A stretch of DNA of 64,000 bases from Planctomycetota bacterium (GTDB lineage Bacteria; Planctomycetota; B15-G4; JADJEK01), in contig JBGAIQ010000006.1 in the NCBI GenBank assembly GCA_044225365.1, forward strand, positions 32,001 through 96,000. The letters run 5' to 3'. This document shows, in pieces, positions 1-9,176 of this stretch; within the stretch, counting starts at the first letter, position 1, and every line of letters starts with the position of its first letter. Both the position numbers and the translations under genes were made by a program. The notes beneath the pieces are model-generated. The model had not been told where the DNA came from, made no database searches, and saw nothing but the letters and a program-made list of their open reading frames with translations.

Positions 1-1613
1 ATACGCTCGATGCGCAATGCGATGAGGGCCGCCGCGATGACGTCGCGATCGGCCAGCCGATCGGCCGCACGCAGAAGGGCGTTGCGGGCCAGCGCCCGAT
101 CGCCGAACACGCTCTCGCGCGCCAGCGCCGAGTTGCCGATCGCGAGCAAGACCTCGGCGGCGAGTTCGGGCTCATCGGCCATGCGTTCCTTCGCCATCGC
201 CTCGGCCTGCGCGACGGCCGCCGCGAATCGCTCGTCGACCCGCATCACGTCGGGCTGGAAGAGCTGTCCAACGAGCAGCTGCGTCAGATCGGCGATCGCG
301 GCGTGCTTCTCGTCGCGGCTCTTCCGCGCCTCGTCGCTCCAGCGCAAAGCGAATGTGAGGATCGCGCCGAGCACGACCACGGAGACGATCGTCGAGAACT
401 GGCGGCGCAGGAATCTCCCGCCGCTCGAGAGCAGCGTCGGCGCGCGGGCGGACACGGGCTCGTCGCGCAGGAAGTGCTTGAGATCCTCCGCGAATGCGCG
501 CATTGTCTGGTAACGCTGGACCGGACGCTTCGCGAGCGCCTTCAGGCAGATCGCGGCGAGGTCGCGCGACAGACTCGGTGCGATCTTCCGCGGATCGGTG
601 ATGTCCTCGTCGAGGATCGAGTGGAAGATCTGCGCCTGCAGTTCGCCATCGAACGGCTTCTTCAGAGTGAGCGCCTCGTAGAGCGCGGCTCCGAGCGAGA
701 AGACGTCCGAACGTTCGTCGATCTCGCCGAGCGCAGGATCGACCTGCTCGGGCGCCATGTAGTGCGGTGTCCCGACCTGATCCCCGGTCTGCGAGATGTC
801 GAGCTCGGCCTGCATCCAGGCGAGTCCGAAGTCGGCGACCTTGGGTTCGTCGTCCGCACCGATCAGGATGTTCTTCGGCTTGAGATCGCGATGCACGATT
901 CCGGCGTCGTGCGCCGCTTGGACGGCCTGCGCCGCGAGCGAGAAGAAGCGCGCGATCTTGCGCTCCCATGCGAGGTCCGGTTTGCCTTCGCCACCTCGCG
1001 CGCGATGATCCTCGATCCAGTGCGCGAGGCTGAGACCGTTCTCGACGAGCTCCTGCGCGATGAACGAGATCCCATCGTGCTCGCCGACGGCGTACACCGC
1101 GACGATGTTCTTGTGCCGAACGCGACCGCCCGCTTCCGCTTCGCGGCGAAACCGCGCGCGGCGACGGGGAGAGTTGGTGCCGCCGAGCAGGACCTTCAGC
1201 GCGACGCGGCGTCGTAGCGACAGCTGCTCGGCTTCGAACACGACCCCCATCCCGCCTTCGCCGATGCGGCGCACGATGCGGTAGTCGCCGATCACCGTCC
1301 CCGCGCCGATGCGCTTGCTCTCCTCCATCAGGCCGCGCGAACTGTCATGGTTCGAACCGCTGCTCTCGTCGCCCCGCTTGGGCTCCGGTCCACCGGAGGC
1401 GCCGCGACTCGACTCGAGGAGGGGCGCGAGTTCGTCCTTCAGCTCGGGATGTTCGACGAGGAGCTGATCCCGCGATGCGCCGCCCACGTTCTCGGTCTCG
1501 AGGAAGAGTCGCAATGCGTCGTAGAGGCGATGCTCTCCGTTCTTCTTCGCGTCGGAAGACGGCGACGGAGGCGACCCATCCGCGGAAGACTTCTTCGCAT
1601 CGTTCTCGGTCAA
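1..1613 (-). CDS. Hanks-type Ser/Thr protein kinase with TM helix and helical C-terminal region; runs off window start
   Basis: Not in ORF track because it has no stop in the window. Own translation: GDYRIVRRIGEGGMGVVF, VALKVL, HRDLKPKNILIG, DFGLA, GTPHYMAPEQ, then hydrophobic STIVSVVVLGAILTFAL. Probable TTG start at 1613, 4 nt after the upstream stop. Confidence 0.9.
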   Translation of the reverse strand, partial: MTENDAKKSSADGSPPSPSSDAKKNGEHRLYDALRLFLETENVGGASRDQLLVEHPELKDELAPLLESSRGASGGPEPKRGDESSGSNHDSSRGLMEESKRIGAGTVIGDYRIVRRIGEGGMGVVFEAEQLSLRRRVALKVLLGGTNSPRRRARFRREAEAGGRVRHKNIVAVYAVGEHDGISFIAQELVENGLSLAHWIEDHRARGGEGKPDLAWERKIARFFSLAAQAVQAAHDAGIVHRDLKPKNILIGADDEPKVADFGLAWMQAELDISQTGDQVGTPHYMAPEQVDPALGEIDERSDVFSLGAALYEALTLKKPFDGELQAQIFHSILDEDITDPRKIAPSLSRDLAAICLKALAKRPVQRYQTMRAFAEDLKHFLRDEPVSARAPTLLSSGGRFLRRQFSTIVSVVVLGAILTFALRWSDEARKSRDEKHAAIADLTQLLVGQLFQPDVMRVDERFAAAVAQAEAMAKERMADEPELAAEVLLAIGNSALARESVFGDRALARNALLRAADRLADRDVIAAALIALRIER

Positions 1614-1617
1614 GGGG

Positions 1618-2997
1618 TCAGAGGTCCTTCTTCGGGCTCACGATTCCCGCGCCGGCGGACATCGGCTTCAACGTGCCGTCCGGCCCGAGCTGAAAGGTGC
1701 CGTCGGGAGCTACAGGATACGCCTTCGCACGCCGATCCGGATTGCCGAGCGGGATCTCGCGCTGCGCGACGGACGTCATCGCCGTCGCCACGGCGGGCGA
1801 CGATTCGGGAGCGTAGAACATGAGGGTGGAGACGAAGCGACCGTCCTCGCTCTTCAACGGCCCGAGCGTCTCCACGCCGTGCATCACCTTGCCCTCGACG
1901 ATCGAGCGCACGGTCTCGGATTGCGTCACCGTCTTCACGAGTTCCTGTCGCGATTGCTCGAACGATTCCTTGCCACCGCCTCCGAGTTGTTCGTTCGCTG
2001 CTCTCACGAACTCCGCGATCTCGGTCGCCATTTCCTTCTCGACCTCGATCTTCTCGCCCCGCATCAGCGCGAGGAGCGCCTTCTGCGCCGCGATGCGCGA
2101 ACCGTCGATCGCGTCTTCGCGGATCTGCGCCGCCACTCGCGGATCGCTCTTCGAGTCGACGTACTCGGTGTCCCACGCGATCCACGCGATCCGCGGATCG
2201 GTGCCGAGGATCGTGAGCACCGTGCCGCCACTGGGCGGAGCGACGCCGGCCTTCACCTGCGCGAGCACGAGGTTCTTCGCGGCCTGGAGATTGCTCGCCG
2301 TGAGCAACTCGATCGAGTCGAAGCGAATGTCGCCCTGGGTGCGCGGCGTCGTCACCACGGCGACGTTCACGAGACTCGTCGCGACGTCCTCCGCGCAGTC
2401 GTAGAACACCGCGCCGCGAATGAAGGCCGACAACACCTCGGGCGCCGCGACCTTCGCGCCCTTGCCCTGATCGTCGATCAGCTTCTGCTGCTTCACGAGT
2501 TCGTTCTTGCCCTCGTCGCGAGTCGACGCGAGCAGTTTCGCGATCTCGCCCTTCGCCTGCAGCAGGGCGCGCGCGCGCGCGAGTCGTGCGCTCATCGCGA
2601 TGCGATTCGGATTCGTGACGCCCTTGGCGGGCTTGGACGAGACGGTCGCCACGCCGACGACGCCGATCCCGCTCTCGGTGCGCACGTAGATCGCGCCGTC
2701 CTCGCCCTTCTCTCGCAATCGCTTCACGGCTGCGTTCACCGCATCCGAATCCGAGGCGCCCGAGAGCACCTCGCGATCGAGCGCGGCATTCTGCTTCACC
2801 TGGATGGCGTCGGGCTCGCGGATCTTCAGCAGGTCCTGCCGGTTCGGCGCCGAAGCCGGAGTCGGCAACCCTCCGATGGGCTGAGCCTCGACGCGATGGG
2901 AGAACGTCAGCGAGGCGACGATGCCGAGGATCGCGACTTTGACCGGGTCCATGCGTCCGCGCGAGCGAGTCGTCTTCATCGTGATCGTGGGCTTCAT
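1618..2997 (-). CDS. Secreted hypothetical protein (459 aa) with two LPP20-like repeats; paralog of the N-terminal half of the upstream gene
   Basis: ATG at 2997 overlaps the upstream TGA (ATGA). Signal-peptide-like MDPVKVAILGIVASLTFSHRVEAQ. Shares motifs with 2994-5666 (GVVGVAT/GIVGVGT, VVTTPRTQG/VVSTPKTRG, VAPPSGG/VVPPVGA). Start could be 2979 or 2952. Confidence 0.8.
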   Translation of the reverse strand: MKPTITMKTTRSRGRMDPVKVAILGIVASLTFSHRVEAQPIGGLPTPASAPNRQDLLKIREPDAIQVKQNAALDREVLSGASDSDAVNAAVKRLREKGEDGAIYVRTESGIGVVGVATVSSKPAKGVTNPNRIAMSARLARARALLQAKGEIAKLLASTRDEGKNELVKQQKLIDDQGKGAKVAAPEVLSAFIRGAVFYDCAEDVATSLVNVAVVTTPRTQGDIRFDSIELLTASNLQAAKNLVLAQVKAGVAPPSGGTVLTILGTDPRIAWIAWDTEYVDSKSDPRVAAQIREDAIDGSRIAAQKALLALMRGEKIEVEKEMATEIAEFVRAANEQLGGGGKESFEQSRQELVKTVTQSETVRSIVEGKVMHGVETLGPLKSEDGRFVSTLMFYAPESSPAVATAMTSVAQREIPLGNPDRRAKAYPVAPDGTFQLGPDGTLKPMSAGAGIVSPKKDL

Positions 2998-5666
2998 TGG
3001 ACGCGGCGGCACGTCGCGCCGACGGCGACGTTCCCGGCATCGCCCTGGACCAATCGCGCATAGGCCACGGGACCCTGCACTCGCACGATCCCGAGTCGCG
3101 CCACCTCGGACTCCGAGTCGTAGCTCTTGCCCTCGAACTGGATCTTCTCGGTCTTGAAGACCGAGATCTGATCGCCCTCGCGGATCGATTGATCGTCGTT
3201 GGCGAGCAGGATCTCGTTCGGCGTCACCTTGATGACGCGGATTTTCGCCTGATTCGCCGACTCCTTCGCGACCTCGCCGAGGATGCGCGGCAGGAGCGAC
3301 TGTGCGGCCTCCTTCGAGGCCATGAGCGAGCGATCCATGTTGCCGTAGCTCTGCAGGAGCTGGTTGATCTCCGGGAGACCCCACGTCTTGTTGAATCCGT
3401 CGCTGAACACGATCTCCCCGGTCGCCGTCTTGATCATGCGCAGATGGACGTTGATGTTGAGGAGGGCGCGCGCTTCGTTCCGCTTGCGGATCGGCACGTA
3501 CTCCTGCCACTGCTTGAACGAGACTTCCTGCAGCGTGCCGACGAGGACGTAGTCCGCCGACAGCATGTGTCCGACGTTGCGCAGTTCCTCGAGCGACATG
3601 TCGCCGCGATCGACGCTCTGCTTGATGAGTTCGATCTCGCCCTTCCACTGCTTCAGGTATTCACGATCGATCACCGTGAAGCGCTTCTCGGCCGTGAGGA
3701 ACGTCACGACTTCGTTCGCGAACTCGTTCGCCGGATCGGACGCGGGGACGTTGTCGCCGCCGATCTCGAACGTGTCGCGACCCGTGCGCAGCCCGAGGAA
3801 CGCGATCGTCGAGCGCTGTCCCGGGCGCGGCCGATTCGGATCGAACTGCGGGATGTCGACGCAGAGGTCGACCTCGTACTGATCGCCCTGCGAGTTCGGC
3901 GTCACGAGCGGACGGAGGCCGCCTTCGTACAGCACGCGATAACTCTTCACGAGTCCGTTCGACACCGAGTTCACGTTCTCGCCGATGTCGGTGTTCACGC
4001 TGAGGTTCGTCTTCAGCTTGCCGTCGACGTCCTCGAGCGCGTCGGCGAACTTCTTCTTCATGGTGATGTCGGCGTTGACTCGGTTCTCGTTGACCTGCTT
4101 CACGGCGTAGAGCAGCGCGTTCTGGACCGCTTCCGCCTTGTTCCGGCCCGTTCCCACGCTGGTGAGGCGCATCACGCCCTCTTCGGGGGTGCCGGGCGGA
4201 CAGGGGTCCTGCGACGGCGGCGGCGCCGAGCCCTGTTGCGGTTGCGGCGGCGGGCCGGGATCGCGCGCGGGCGGCGCGGCGGGTCCGCCCTTCAGGAGCG
4301 CGGGGATCGACTCCGCGTAGATCGCGAGCATGTACACCCAGCGACTGCCGGGCCTTTCGAAGGGTCGCAGCATCGTTCCCGCGGGCGTCTTGCCGTTCAC
4401 CGTGGTCGCCGTGGTGCTGGTCTGCAGCTTGTCGGACAACACCTGCGCGCTGCCGACCTGTTTCCCCTGGATCGTCACCTTGCCCGATTGATCGACGACG
4501 CGGTCGTACTCGTGACTCATCTCGTCGTAGCGGTTCGCGAACTCCGACTTGCTCTCGATCTTCTGGCCGCGGATCAGTGCGACGAGTGCGGTCTGCGCGC
4601 GCATCTCGGCCGCCTTCATCGCGGCGTCGTGGATCGCGCCCTGCATCTTCGGATTGTCGTGGATCTGCACGATCTCCGCGCCGAACCCGACCCAGACCGT
4701 CTCGCCCGTCGTGGGCACCGTGATGATCTTCGCGCCGACCGGCGGCACGACGTTCAGGGCGAGCTGATCCATGATCTGCTGCATGCCCTCTTCGATCGAT
4801 CCCGCGAGGATGCCGCGCGAGGAGACCGCACGCACTTCACCGCGAGTCTTCGGCGTCGAGACGACACTGACGCGCACGCTCCCCGTGTTCGGGTCGTCCA
4901 GCACGTCGTAGGTCACGAGTCCCGTCACCATCGCGTTGACCGCAGCGGAGTAGTCCTCGGTCGCGCTGGTATCGAGATTCGCTCCCGAGAACGAGTCGGT
5001 GTTCGCGAGGCCGAGTTTGCTCGTGATCTCCTGGCGCCCCTTGATGTCGACTTCGTTCAGGAATCGTGCGACCTCGCTGCGCGCCTTCAGGTCGGCTTCC
5101 ATCCACGCGCGACGCTGGTCCTCGAGCACGAGGTTCGGATTCTGCCGCTTGGTGTCGTAGTAAGCCGTTCCCACGCCCACGATGCCGTAGCCGCTGCCGG
5201 CCTCGATCAGTTTCACTCCGCCTTCGATCTCATGCATCCCGGAGAGCCGACCGGGATCTCCGGAGACCGGGGGTGGATTCGGCGTACCGGACTGCGGCGG
5301 AGGCGAGTTCTTCGGCGGCTCGTTCGTCGGCGGTGGATTTCCCTGCACGGGCTCCTGCGGTTCGGTCCCGCCCTCGGTCGCATTGCGATGGGTGAAGGAA
5401 TGGAGCGCGCTCAGGATCCCAGAGACCGCGAAGTTGATCGCGTCCTGGGTGCTCGCGGCCTTCACGACCTCGAGCTTGCTGCCGTCGATCGTCTCGATCT
5501 TGGCGGCCGACGGATCCCGCACCTTGCGCAGCCCGTCCGAGTCCTCCTTCAGCAGCGGGACCTGGAACTCTCCGAGGTCGCCTCGCAGAACGGCGTATGC
5601 CGCGGTCGAGAGCGACGCGACGGCAAGTGCACCGAGAACGCGGTGGAGGAAGACGGTCCTGCGCAT
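2994..5666 (-). CDS. Secreted multidomain protein (890 aa): LPP20-like repeats, Pro-rich linkers, CsgG/HfaB (TolB-N fold)-like domain, FlgT-C-like beta domain
   Basis: Signal peptide MRRTVFLHRVLGALAVASLSTAAYA. CsgG-like TIAFLG...KRFTVIDREYL...VGHMLSADYVLVGTL...LRMIKTATGEIV. C-terminal IREGDQISVF...VARLGIVRVQGPVAYARL. Confidence 0.8.
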   Translation of the reverse strand: MRRTVFLHRVLGALAVASLSTAAYAVLRGDLGEFQVPLLKEDSDGLRKVRDPSAAKIETIDGSKLEVVKAASTQDAINFAVSGILSALHSFTHRNATEGGTEPQEPVQGNPPPTNEPPKNSPPPQSGTPNPPPVSGDPGRLSGMHEIEGGVKLIEAGSGYGIVGVGTAYYDTKRQNPNLVLEDQRRAWMEADLKARSEVARFLNEVDIKGRQEITSKLGLANTDSFSGANLDTSATEDYSAAVNAMVTGLVTYDVLDDPNTGSVRVSVVSTPKTRGEVRAVSSRGILAGSIEEGMQQIMDQLALNVVPPVGAKIITVPTTGETVWVGFGAEIVQIHDNPKMQGAIHDAAMKAAEMRAQTALVALIRGQKIESKSEFANRYDEMSHEYDRVVDQSGKVTIQGKQVGSAQVLSDKLQTSTTATTVNGKTPAGTMLRPFERPGSRWVYMLAIYAESIPALLKGGPAAPPARDPGPPPQPQQGSAPPPSQDPCPPGTPEEGVMRLTSVGTGRNKAEAVQNALLYAVKQVNENRVNADITMKKKFADALEDVDGKLKTNLSVNTDIGENVNSVSNGLVKSYRVLYEGGLRPLVTPNSQGDQYEVDLCVDIPQFDPNRPRPGQRSTIAFLGLRTGRDTFEIGGDNVPASDPANEFANEVVTFLTAEKRFTVIDREYLKQWKGEIELIKQSVDRGDMSLEELRNVGHMLSADYVLVGTLQEVSFKQWQEYVPIRKRNEARALLNINVHLRMIKTATGEIVFSDGFNKTWGLPEINQLLQSYGNMDRSLMASKEAAQSLLPRILGEVAKESANQAKIRVIKVTPNEILLANDDQSIREGDQISVFKTEKIQFEGKSYDSESEVARLGIVRVQGPVAYARLVQGDAGNVAVGATCRRVQ

Positions 5667-5744
5667 ACGGACTCCGATTCGGAAGGGACGGTCGAGCGCC
5701 GGTGCACGGAATGAACCGCTCCGGAACGCGACGGGCTGCGTAGC

Positions 5745-5787
5745 GGATAATCCAGGGAAGTTCGAACTCGTCTCCCCAGGTTTATCC
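5745..5787. promoter_or_regulatory. Imperfect 16-bp inverted repeat in the divergent promoter region; possible operator
   Basis: ggataatccagggaag versus ctccccaggtttatcc (reverse complement ggataaacctggggag; 13/16 match). Confidence 0.35.
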
Positions 5788-5899
5788 TTTCGGCGACAAT
5801 CTCCGTGAAATACCGATTTTGCGCCGTCCGGCGCCGTTCTCACGGGTTCTCTTCGAAGGACGCCACGGGCGCGAGAGGACCTTCGAAGTCATCAGCTCC

Positions 5900-8119
5900 A
5901 TGAATCCAACAGATCCATTCGATCCGGCGCAACTGCTGCAACATCAGGCGATGTTGAAACGGATGGCGCGTAGTCTCGCGGGGAAGAGCGAGGATCCGGA
6001 CGATCTGGTCCAGGACGCGACACACGCCGCGCTCATCCGCCCGCCTCGGCAAGCCGGCTCACTCCGCTCCTGGTTCGCAGTGACGATCGCTCGGATCGCG
6101 AAGAACCGCCGCCGCGGGACCGCACGCCGATCGAACCGCGAAGCGATGATCGCTCGCACCCAGGAGACGACCGCGCCCGCCCCCGAGGACCTCGTCCTGC
6201 GCCTCGAAATGCAGCGCTCGATGATCGACGAACTGCTCGCCCTCGCTCCGGAACTGCGCGCGCCGCTCGTCCTGCGGTACTTCGACGAACGACCCATCGA
6301 TTCGATCGCGACGGCGCTCGGCATTCCTCGCGACACCGTCCGCGATCGCCTGCGCCGCGGACTCCTGACGCTGCGCTCGAGGCTCGGAGTCACGGATGAA
6401 GAACGTCCCGATCGTCGACGCGCTCTGTTCCTCGTCCTCGGTGAACCGATGCGTCACGCCGGAAAGGCAGCGGCCGCGAGTCTCTTGCTCGGAGGATTCT
6501 TCGTGTCGAAACCCATCGCCGGCCTCGTCGTGATGGTCGCCGCCGTCGGATCGCTCACCGTCCCGGCGTTGTTCTCCACCGTGGCACCCACCGTCGTGAA
6601 CGAGCCGTCGGCGCCAGTCGCCCTCGCTCCGCCCGCGCAATTCGGTGCGCCGAGCGAATCCCGCGAGGAACCGGTCGCTCGCGAGTCGATCGTGGAGAGT
6701 TCCCCGAGTTCGGACTGGGGCCTTGAATTGCCGCCACCCGGCGGGATCAGCCTCTCCGTGTACGATCCGCTCGAACCGGAAACGAGCATCGGATTCGAGG
6801 CTCGTTTCCTCAACGACTCCCGCTATGCGCAGAGCGATGGGCAAGGCAACTTCACGCTCGCCCTCACCGCGGGTCATTGGAAGGGCACGATCCACGCTCG
6901 CGGATTCGAGCCCTTGTTCCTTCCGGATTTCGACCTGACGGCGAATTCACAACTCGCACTCGGCAGCTTCCCGCTCGTGCGGGGCACGAGTCGCATCGAG
7001 GGCCGGGTCGACGCGCCGTTCGACACGAGCGGCAAACCGTACGTCATCGATCTGTTCTCCGATCACGTTCGCCCGTGCACGGCTTGCGAGAAGCTCGTCC
7101 GGGATGGTCATATCACTCTGGCGGACGGTCGCCATGCGCCTTGCCCGTTCTGTGGATTCTTCGACGATCGCAGACGCCGCACCGTCCGCGCAGGAGGGCT
7201 CTTCCAGTTCGAAGGTCTCGTCTCCGGTGACTACGCGCTGCGCGCGTTCGCCGCCGAGAACGATCCGCTCGGAACGCAATCGAGGGTGATCGTGAAGCCC
7301 GGCGGTTCGACCTTCGTCACGATGGAGATGCGCGGATTCTGCGACGGCGAAGTGGAGACTCTCGACGAAGAGGGATTGCCGGTCACGGGCCTGTTCGAGG
7401 AGGAGGGATCGCTCGTGAGTCGGCGAATCGACTTCGAGATCACGGCTCTGGACGGGACGGCGGTGACCGCGACCTATCGGCCGCCCGTCCCCGAACAGCG
7501 CGAGTCGAAGGAGACGGTCGTGGCGTTGGGGTCGGTGGCGTGGGAGTCGCGGATGGCGTTCGTCCAGGAGCGACGAGCCGTGCTCGAACTGAACCGCCAG
7601 GTCATCACGACCCGGTTGAAAGGGAATGTCCTGACCGGGACTCTCGGCTGGATCGGCGAGCCATCCGATCGCAACGATCGCGAGCGCACGGAAGACGACC
7701 GGCTCACGAAGTCCTGGAATCCGACCTGCCAGGGAGTCGATGCGCCGGAGGTGAAGGTGCTCGTACCCGGGAATCGATTCTCGATCGAGCGGCTTCCCGT
7801 AGGTCAGTACACGTTGGTCGTTCGTTGCGGAACGTGCGTGTCGGATCCGATACCGCTCGACCTCCGTCTCTGCCCGGCGCCTGCGGTTCGGGCCGTGCTG
7901 AAGCAGACGAAAGTCGACGGCGAGGAGACGGAAGCCGCGATCAACGCCGACCTCGAGGTCTCCCTCGGCGCCCTCCTGGACCGGGCGGGGAATCGCATCG
8001 ATGCGCTCGCGACGATTCGGGACGCCAACGCGCGGTACTCGGAAGCGAAAGCGAAAGTCCTGAACGCGCGGATCTGGGCGACACAGGAATCGACGACGAA
8101 CGCGAAGTCGTCGAAGTAG
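5900..8119 (+). CDS. ECF sigma-70 factor with TM segment and long extracytoplasmic C-terminal extension (739 aa)
   Basis: Region 2 LKRMARSL...DPDDLVQDA...LRSWFAVTIARIA; region 4 LAPELRAPLVLRYFDERPIDSIATALGIPRDTVRDRLRRGL; hydrophobic stretch at about aa 190-225; then beta-sandwich-like repeats. Confidence 0.88.
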   Translation: MNPTDPFDPAQLLQHQAMLKRMARSLAGKSEDPDDLVQDATHAALIRPPRQAGSLRSWFAVTIARIAKNRRRGTARRSNREAMIARTQETTAPAPEDLVLRLEMQRSMIDELLALAPELRAPLVLRYFDERPIDSIATALGIPRDTVRDRLRRGLLTLRSRLGVTDEERPDRRRALFLVLGEPMRHAGKAAAASLLLGGFFVSKPIAGLVVMVAAVGSLTVPALFSTVAPTVVNEPSAPVALAPPAQFGAPSESREEPVARESIVESSPSSDWGLELPPPGGISLSVYDPLEPETSIGFEARFLNDSRYAQSDGQGNFTLALTAGHWKGTIHARGFEPLFLPDFDLTANSQLALGSFPLVRGTSRIEGRVDAPFDTSGKPYVIDLFSDHVRPCTACEKLVRDGHITLADGRHAPCPFCGFFDDRRRRTVRAGGLFQFEGLVSGDYALRAFAAENDPLGTQSRVIVKPGGSTFVTMEMRGFCDGEVETLDEEGLPVTGLFEEEGSLVSRRIDFEITALDGTAVTATYRPPVPEQRESKETVVALGSVAWESRMAFVQERRAVLELNRQVITTRLKGNVLTGTLGWIGEPSDRNDRERTEDDRLTKSWNPTCQGVDAPEVKVLVPGNRFSIERLPVGQYTLVVRCGTCVSDPIPLDLRLCPAPAVRAVLKQTKVDGEETEAAINADLEVSLGALLDRAGNRIDALATIRDANARYSEAKAKVLNARIWATQESTTNAKSSK

Positions 8120-8227
8120 GCAGGCCACCGCTCGCTCCCGATCCCTCGCAGTCTCCCGCGACTTAGCTATCTTCGCCTGAACGTCTTCACCCGGCTTCGC
8201 TCCCGACGTTCAGGAATCGCATTCTCC

Positions 8228-8770
8228 ATGGCCGACATTCGTCTCGCTGCCGACGCCGACATCGCCGGGATCGCCGACATCATGCGGATCGCAGCCGAGG
8301 AGTCGATCGCGACGTTCACGATCCATCCGCACGCAGAGTCCGAATGGCGTGCGAAATGGGAGCGGTCGCGAGCGTACTTTCCCTGGCTCGTCGCGGTCGA
8401 GAACGGCGAAGTCCTCGGTTTTGCGAAGGCCGGACAGTTCCGCGACAACGATGCATACGTCTACACGGTCGAGGTCTCGGTCTATCTGCGCCCGGCCCAT
8501 CAGAAGAAGGGCCTCGGGAAGCAGCTCTACGATCGCCTCTTCGGCCTCCTCCATCTCCAGGGCTATCATCGCGTCATCGCCGTCGTGGTCACCGAGAACG
8601 AGGATTCGATCGCGTTTCACGAGAAGATGGGAATGAAACGGTCCGGATCGATCGCTCGCATCGGCTGGAAATTCGATCGCTTCCTCGGAATCACCTTTCT
8701 CGACATGGGACTGCAAGACGATCATCAGATGCCGGGTCGGATCCTGACGGTCGCCGAAGTGACCGCCTGA
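8228..8770 (+). CDS. GNAT N-acetyltransferase, phosphinothricin acetyltransferase (Pat/YncA) family
   Basis: IATF, FPWLVA, AYVYTVEVSVY, QKKGLGKQLY acetyl-CoA motif, NEDSIAFHEKMG, IGWKF. Confidence 0.88.
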   Translation: MADIRLAADADIAGIADIMRIAAEESIATFTIHPHAESEWRAKWERSRAYFPWLVAVENGEVLGFAKAGQFRDNDAYVYTVEVSVYLRPAHQKKGLGKQLYDRLFGLLHLQGYHRVIAVVVTENEDSIAFHEKMGMKRSGSIARIGWKFDRFLGITFLDMGLQDDHQMPGRILTVAEVTA

Positions 8771-8822
8771 TCGATCGCCCGAAAGGAACCGAGCCGCCGC
8801 CCTGCGCGGCTCTTCGAAGGTC

Positions 8823-9176
8823 ATGTTCAAGAAGCTCTTCACCGCACTGTTCAAGGGCCGCCCGGTCGACGTCCCGAAGACCTCCGAACTCACGGAAGGC
8901 CAGGCACGCAACGTCTCCATCGGCGACATCGCCGCCGGCGGTCAGCGCATCGTGCTGTGCCGCGTCGAGGGAAAGCTCCACGCCCTCGACTCGGTCTGCC
9001 CTCACGAGGCCGGCCGCATCGTTCCCGGCAAGCTGATCGAGGGAAAGTACGCGATCTGCCCGCTGCACAACTTCCTCTTCGACCCGAAGACGGGCGCGGT
9101 CATTCGCGGCTCGTGCCGCAAGGCCACGACCTACAAGGTCGAAGAACACGGGGATTCCGCGACGATCTACTTGTGA
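8823..9176 (+). CDS. Rieske [2Fe-2S] ferredoxin
   Basis: CPH and CPLH Rieske motifs followed by FDPKTG. Confidence 0.9.
   Translation: MFKKLFTALFKGRPVDVPKTSELTEGQARNVSIGDIAAGGQRIVLCRVEGKLHALDSVCPHEAGRIVPGKLIEGKYAICPLHNFLFDPKTGAVIRGSCRKATTYKVEEHGDSATIYL

Noticed and set aside
1618-5666. Curli or flagellar operon
   Set aside because: No csgA/B/E/F or flagellar structural genes in the window; only domain-level resemblance.
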